Assembly (NCBI GenBank): GCA_017882335.1
Contig: JADGPR010000009.1
Span: 990 to 64,989 of the forward strand
Reading direction: 5' to 3'
Length of the DNA: 64,000 nt
DNA from: Bacteroidales bacterium
GTDB lineage: Bacteria; Bacteroidota; Bacteroidia; Bacteroidales; FEN-979
Shown here: one piece after another, positions 58,847 to 64,000 of the stretch
Numbering within the stretch: the stretch's first letter is position 1
Layout of the letters: each line of letters opens with the position of its first letter
Notes under the pieces: model-generated
Databases searched by the model: none
Told to the model about the DNA's origin: nothing
Seen by the model: only the letters and a program-made list of their open reading frames with translations
Position numbers and translations under genes: made by a program

Positions 58847-59053
58847 TTTATTACACTAAATTAATTGCTTCTTTCAACATTTGCCCTCAGGCCGGGCGGG
58901 CCCTCGTCACCGCAACGCGTCTGCGCCCAGCGCTGTTTCTTCAACCTTTTTCCAAACTTTCCACTATTGGACCCGCGCTGGTCAAGGCCGCTTATGCGGC
59001 GACTGATATTGTAGGGTATTCATACATTCCACTGCTGCAGGAACCTTCGCCGT

Positions 59054-59082
59054 GTGGGTGCCCCGCTGAAAACCTGAAGGCA
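59054..59082 (+). repeat. 29-nt direct repeat, copy 1 (gtgggtgccccgctgaaaacctgaaggca)
   Basis: Identical to 60253-60281. A degenerate inverted copy (ggttttcagcgacccac) lies at about 60093-60109. Confidence 0.8.
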
Positions 59083-59104
59083 GAAAATGCACTTCACCCC
59101 CCGA

Positions 59105-59128
59105 CCCCCTCTCCTGAAGGAGAGGGGG
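59105..59128. repeat. Perfect 10-bp-stem hairpin ccccctctcc-tgaa-ggagaggggg (module E)
   Basis: Read directly from the sequence. Related to the module at 24568-24620. Confidence 0.7.
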
Positions 59129-59230
59129 AGCGCCTCGATCAGTCCGCAGTTTTAACGCAAATTTCATTCTTCAACATCTGTCACCCTCCTGCGATAAATG
59201 GTATAGGATTTCCAGCTTATGCATTTAGTT

Positions 59231-59770
59231 TTACAAATCATCCTTTCTGAATCCAATTCTTGTACACGGGAGATTCTTTCTTTGATGCAATTCATCAATC
59301 CGTTCAAGTAATGAATTAAATGCAAGTGTGAATTTTTTGTCTAATGCCGCCAGCTGTGCCTTCAACTCCTCGGTTTCATGTAAAAGTGCCCTATATCTTG
59401 CAAAAGCTCTCATAATCTCAATATTTATACTGATTGCTTTCTCAGAATGAAGGACCGAAGAGAGCATTGCCACTCCTTGTTCAGTAAAAACAAGTGGGTT
59501 AATACTACTATGCTTAAGAGTATTCAACCGGTCGCAATTTGCGACCAGTTCCTCTTTTTCAGCCTTGTTAAGTTCAAACATGAAATCTTACGGGAATCTT
59601 GAAATATTGCGTTTTACTTGCTCCTTAAGACGCTTAGTATTGACTTTATAAAGTAAAGCAAGGTCTGCATCCACCATGACTTTTTTCCCCCTTAAAGTAA
59701 ATATCATTTTTTCGTAACCCGATTTGATTAGTTCTTGTGACATTTCCAATGTATTTTTTTGATAAAACAT
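59231..59770 (-). pseudogene. ORF6N-domain (KilA-N-related DNA-binding) gene interrupted by one in-frame TAA
   Basis: Track ORFs 59588-59770 (...KVMVDADLALLYKVNTKRLKEQVKRNISRFP*) and 59231-59581 (MFELNKAEKEE...FTEQGVAMLSSVLHSEKAISINIEIMRAF) share one frame. They are separated only by TAA-GAT-TTC, reading RFP-stop-DFMFEL where family members as I recall read RFPEDFMFEL. Confidence 0.75.
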
Positions 59771-60117
59771 AGTGACACATTCACAATATGCTACTATGCA
59801 TTGATGTTGGACAGTATTGAAGGTTGCATAATGTTTTTATTGTGTTCATTGCATTCTGTTTATTGCTTTATCAGTTTGGAAGGAAAAAGCTAATACCACT
59901 GTTGAAAACTTTCTTACGCGGATTTCATTGAGAGACGCGATGCGCCGAAGAAACCCTTTTCGCCTCACATCTCACCATTCACTTTTTCTTTGCGTCCAGG
60001 CCGGTGGGGTTTATTTTACTTTTCTTTTGCTTGCTCTCCCGCTGACGCTGGAAAAACGCCAGAAAAGTAACAAAAGAAAAATGCAGCCTCGGGTTTTCAG
60101 CGACCCACCAAAGACAA

Positions 60118-60247
60118 GTGTAAAGTGTAAAGTGCGAAGTGCGAAGTGCGAAGTGCAATTAATGTTCCTTTTAACTGCATTTAATGCCAATGTCGATGAC
60201 AATCAGAACGAGTAATATCACACTTCGGACTTCACATCTCGGACTTG
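60118..60247. repeat. Tandem word repeats (gtgtaaa)2(gtgcgaa)3 with an inverted partner (cacttcggactt)2
   Basis: gtgtaaagtgtaaagtgcgaagtgcgaagtgcgaagtgcaa at 60118-60158; cacttcggacttcacatctcggacttg at 60221-60247, which contains the reverse complement of cgaagtg. Confidence 0.7.
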
Positions 60248-60252
60248 ATTTA

Positions 60253-60281
60253 GTGGGTGCCCCGCTGAAAACCTGAAGGCA
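60253..60281 (+). repeat. 29-nt direct repeat, copy 2
   Basis: gtgggtgccccgctgaaaacctgaaggca, identical to 59054-59082. Confidence 0.8.
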
Positions 60282-60474
60282 AAAATCCTTATAAATCTTC
60301 GAACAAAAACTGAATTATGATTTACCCTGCGCTTCAGCGCAGGGTTGTAAAAGGTGCATAACCAAGGGCTTTAGCCCGAAAGATTGGGGGGGTAGAAGGG
60401 GAATGCTTTGTCGCTTCGCTCCTCACAATGACAAAGGGAAAAAAAAGACCGGCTTCTGAAGATGCAATCCTAAT

Positions 60475-62109
60475 TTACTTTCCCTTGACTGATATTCCGG
60501 ACTCTTCTTTTTTCTGACTGGTCAGGTTATAGGTGAAACCAACGAAAATTCCGGGTCTGAATGCCTTTTCAACAATGGATGTTTGGTCAATATCTGATGT
60601 TTTGACCGGGGTATCGAGGCTGTATTTCCCTTTCAGGTAATCAACCGGCGCTGCTGCCAGACCACCGGATAGTATAAACCGCTCTTCACGTCCTAAAACC
60701 ATACTTAAACCAACAAAAATGGTAAGATTTGAAATTGCAGATACATTGGCGCCGATTCCCCAGGTAAAGCCTCCTGTCACCGAGTGGTTGGTTCGGAAGA
60801 GGATATGCATTAACGCGCCTATTGTCGGCTGAAAAAGGTTATGGTTCTTATCCTTCTTTATGATTGAAGTGTCTTTTTGTGTTGAAGGATAGACAGAATA
60901 TTTCCGGTCATATAAAAAAGTGGTCACCATTAAACCGGTACTGAAAGCGATTTGAACCCCACCTTTCACGTCGAAGGTCAGGGTTTTCTTGCAGGCAACG
61001 GCATTCCCGCCGGCATTTTTGCCCTTTTTGAGCTCATTGTATTCAATGTTGATGAACATCTGATCCTTTGTTGGTTTGATCGGATCCGGGAAGGAGATAT
61101 CCGTAAAAACCCCGTTCTTCAATTGTATGATCATATTTTGTATGGACTCGGTCAGATTGGAATAACCATCATTTTTTACCAGTTCATCAACAGAACCTTT
61201 CATTGATTCAACTGAGTTTACAAGGGCATTTACGCTCATCCTCATTTCGAGATCTGCATTTAGTACGGAGATAACATTTGTATCCTTGCTGAAGGCGGCA
61301 TAGTCATCCTTAAATGTTTTGTAGTTCTTATTGAATTCAGGAAGAACCCGGTCTTTTTGCTCCAGGAATTTTTTGTAATTCTGTTCATGTGAGGCAAGCT
61401 CTTCCGTGATCATTTCGGGGCTCAGTGAATAGTCATTGAGTATGCTTACCAGTTGGTTATTGAGTCTCTTGATATTTTCGATCTCCTGGAATGAGCCGGT
61501 TACCGACTTTACATTCTCTGTAAGTTTTTCGATGAGGGTTTTACAGTCTGCAATTTTCTTTTGCATTTTCTGTTCTGCCTCGTATTGCTTTATCAGTTTA
61601 GCCAACCGGTCCTGTTCTTCCTTGGTCAGATTACTCTTTATATTGTTCGTTATTTCTTTTTCATTTGATTTATCCGGTTTGATAACATTCATAATATTCA
61701 TCACGCCATTACCTAAAGCTTTTTTGCCCAGGACGCCAATTTCCTTCAATGTCGAACTACTCCCATCGGTGATCTTTTGTTCCTTGTTTTCAATCTGCGC
61801 AGTGAGATTTGTTCCGATTGTGTCTTTAATAGGTGCAGTTTCCGGGATTTTAAAACTTGCTGGTACAATGGGTTCAAAGAAATTCCTCTGGTCGGGGGTG
61901 ATTGAGAAATCACTGTATAATCTTGTATCGATATTCGTGATCTTTAGCCCATATGTTGTATTATATTCCAGAACAAATTTCTCAGGCGGAACCTTTTCCG
62001 GATCAACTGTAATAGTTTTTGTTTTAAAGTCATAGGTAATGATCTTCTGGCTGAAGGAAACAGATGCTATGAAAAATGAGATCGCGGATAACAGTACAAT
62101 TTTTTTCAT
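60475..62109 (-). CDS. Hypothetical secreted protein: N-terminal beta region, long helical/coiled-coil middle, C-terminal beta-barrel-like region
   Basis: 544-aa ORF with a signal peptide (LLSAISFFIASVSFSQ). Middle part is rich in heptad-like K/E/Q/L segments. The C-terminal ~190 aa alternate hydrophobic residues and end in an aromatic-rich strand (GIFVGFTYNL). Confidence 0.6.
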   Translation of the reverse strand: MKKIVLLSAISFFIASVSFSQKIITYDFKTKTITVDPEKVPPEKFVLEYNTTYGLKITNIDTRLYSDFSITPDQRNFFEPIVPASFKIPETAPIKDTIGTNLTAQIENKEQKITDGSSSTLKEIGVLGKKALGNGVMNIMNVIKPDKSNEKEITNNIKSNLTKEEQDRLAKLIKQYEAEQKMQKKIADCKTLIEKLTENVKSVTGSFQEIENIKRLNNQLVSILNDYSLSPEMITEELASHEQNYKKFLEQKDRVLPEFNKNYKTFKDDYAAFSKDTNVISVLNADLEMRMSVNALVNSVESMKGSVDELVKNDGYSNLTESIQNMIIQLKNGVFTDISFPDPIKPTKDQMFINIEYNELKKGKNAGGNAVACKKTLTFDVKGGVQIAFSTGLMVTTFLYDRKYSVYPSTQKDTSIIKKDKNHNLFQPTIGALMHILFRTNHSVTGGFTWGIGANVSAISNLTIFVGLSMVLGREERFILSGGLAAAPVDYLKGKYSLDTPVKTSDIDQTSIVEKAFRPGIFVGFTYNLTSQKKEESGISVKGK

Positions 62110-62148
62110 AATATAAAATTTAGGGGTTTGTTCTAATACATCAATTTA

Positions 62149-62156
62149 CAAATATA
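62149..62156 (-). promoter_or_regulatory. -7 box TAtaTTTG (minus strand) upstream of the 544-aa gene
   Basis: Plus-strand caaatata, 40 nt upstream of ATG 62109. Confidence 0.35.
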
Positions 62157-62370
62157 ATATATAATAATGAAAAGTCAAGTATTTATGATACAATTAAAAG
62201 TTTATTTGATAAGATTTAGCTCTGATTTTGATTGACTGGGGTTCGGGGAGCTTACAACCTGCTGCTCATTCTTTATTTTAACTGCGGAGACGCAGAGACG
62301 CAGAGAAGATATTAGTTTTTATTGAGAGGCAGGCCAGTGCGCAAAAAATTACCCCGCGCTTTAGCGCGAA

Positions 62371-62406
62371 AGATTGCTTCGTCGCCCCGCTCCCCGCAAT
62401 GACATC
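62371..62406. repeat. Dispersed repeat module C (agattgcttcgtcgc...c.cgcaatgaca)
   Basis: agattgcttcgtcgccccgctccccgcaatgacatc. Other copies at 19567-19597, 19618-19652 and 60401-60436. It is preceded by ccgcgctttagcgcgaaag, which resembles gggctttagcccgaaag at 60366-60382. Confidence 0.7.
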
Positions 62407-62613
62407 TGATGCCAGTGAAATATGACAGGATAGTTGGTCTGTATGAAAAATTCCAAATTATATACGGATTTTGGAAAAAAAATCACACCTTTGGGGTGAA
62501 TTATCTTCTTCCTCGTTTTTCAGGATCTCCTTTAAAGAAAATACTTGCATGTTGAATAAATTACACATCAGCACCCTGATGCCCCCGGTATTCACATCTA
62601 AACGTCAGTAAAA

Positions 62614-64000
62614 TGAAGGACTCCATTAAAGAAATGACATTGAATGACCTGAGTACGGATTCATCTTTTCTTGATGGCCTTAAAAATGGAAATTTTTGCC
62701 TAGTGCTTGGAGCCGGTTTCAGCTATGGCCTGGAAAATAAAACCAACTCGGCTTATAATGATGAAAAATTTATTCCGGTTGTAAAAAAATTTGTTGCCCT
62801 GACCAACAGGAAATTTGGAACGAAATTAGACGAGAAGGATTATCATGGTGCCGCGGATGCATGGAATAGAAAAATCCGCCATGATGAAATCAGCTTCACC
62901 GATTTTAAAAATTTATTCCTGCTTGATGAAAAGAAATTTTTATCAAAGAAGTCACTTTATGCTAATATTTTAGTTCCTAAGTGGGCAAGAATTTACACAT
63001 TTAATTTTGATAACGTATTGGATGTATTAATTGAAGATGAAAAAGAAAAATACGGAGTTCTTTTTAGTAATACCGGGGCTTTTGGACCTGATCATAAAAT
63101 TGGAATAGGGTATCTGCATAACTCAATGATCCATGCAAACAGCATAGATAACCTGGTATTTACCTTTAGCCAGTATACAGATCAAATTTTTCTTCCGACG
63201 AATCACCTTTATTATGCTTTATTAAATGATATTGATAATCATCGCAGGGACCTCTTGATACTCGGTTGCGGATTTAATGAGCAAAGTGTCTACACATTTT
63301 TATTTAACCAGATTAAAAGACCGGACCTGAAAATAATCTTTATCAATTATCAGGACAGGCCAAAATTTGAGCTCACTGTTGAGGATAAAATAAAGGACAT
63401 AACGTGGATAAATTGCAAAACTGAAGATTTTTTAAAATATATTCAAAAAATCAGCCATGATCTGTCCCCGCATAAGCACCCCGGGCATACTTATAACCAT
63501 TGTTTTGAAATTGCCGACCCGGGTGATCTTGATAATGTGTCAAAAAACTTTGCAATAGTTGAGAATCCCTTGATCGGTCGCTTTGGAGATAAGGAACATA
63601 ACCTGGGCTGGAACGACATCCAATCCTATATCAGTTATAAAGAAGAGAGTCTTATTGATTTTGATTCACATTATAAGATATTTCCGATAACCGGCGCACC
63701 GGGTACCGGGAAATCAACATTACTGTTTCAGAATCTTTCCAGCTACCTTCTTTCAAAAAGGAATAATAAAAGGAAAATTATCTTTGTTCATCCCAATGAG
63801 CTGATAAATCTTGAAAGTATTCTTAACAATGAGGACCATTGCCTGATTGCCGTTGATTCCCTTGACAGGAGCAATAATCATGATAACGCCACGGTTTTGT
63901 TTGAACCGGTTTACCGGGCTATCGCTTCCAATACGGACGTGAAGTTCGTTTTCAGTATTTATGATAACAGCTGGAATGCAATCGCCGTTAACTATTCCGG
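62614..64000 (+). CDS. SIR2-like (SIR2_2-type) domain fused to a P-loop NTPase; 5' 462 codons, ORF still open at the window end
   Basis: Manual translation from ATG 62614 (in-frame stop at 62557-62559 upstream, no stop through 64000). MKDSIKEMTLNDL...FCLVLGAGFSYG (62710-62724), IYTFNFDNVLD (63001-63015), IGYLHNS (about 63112-63120), LILGCGFNE, then Walker A ITGAPGTGKST (63694-63720) and Walker-B-like HCLIAVDSLD. Absent from the ORF track because it lacks a stop in the window. Confidence 0.75.

Noticed and set aside
59588-59590. In-frame TAA in the ORF6N gene as programmed read-through or stop-codon reassignment
   Set aside because: TAA is used as an ordinary terminator by genes in this window, for example panD (checked directly at 2210-2212). 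A simple nonsense mutation (GAA to TAA) is the more economical explanation.

Overview
The window looks like a chromosomal segment of a Bacteroidota genome. Support: several C-terminal T9SS sorting domains, a PorP/SprF gene, TAnnTTTG-type -7 promoter boxes about 20-100 nt upstream of start codons, and the DUF4271-hemD-rnpA-yidD arrangement. All family names come from motif recognition in the supplied translations; no searches were run. Most of the window is housekeeping: radA (partial), panD-panC, amt plus a TorF-like porin, a NarL-type two-component system, flavodoxin, M1/M28/S41 peptidases, mnmA, cdd, yidD-rnpA-hemD, panB, dnaK and carAB. Four accessory blocks stand out. (1) 12.9-19.1 kb holds two large surface proteins: a beta-helix T9SS cargo and a 1266-aa protein with a C-terminal FISUMP domain. 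(2) 34.2-50.0 kb is a surface-protein island with two T9SS type-A cargo proteins, two orphan genes, and a 2688-aa protein of about 28 PKD domains. That giant protein ends in a type-B sorting domain and is followed directly by a PorP/SprF gene. (3) 50.0-54.3 kb carries an SDR / DUF1214-like / sulfotransferase / SDR cassette. (4) 58.8-64.0 kb, downstream of carB, is visibly more AT-rich and repeat-laden. It holds an ORF6N-family gene broken by one in-frame TAA, an orphan 544-aa secreted protein, and a SIR2-like + P-loop NTPase fusion ORF that is open to the window edge and absent from the ORF track. I rate that last ORF the best candidate for a defence-type system. Nearly every intergenic region is built from short dispersed repeat modules, including MITE-like inverted arrangements, and from tandem 7-10-nt word repeats. 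These generate several spurious ORFs in the track. No rRNA, tRNA, CRISPR array, transposase, integrase or reverse transcriptase could be supported.
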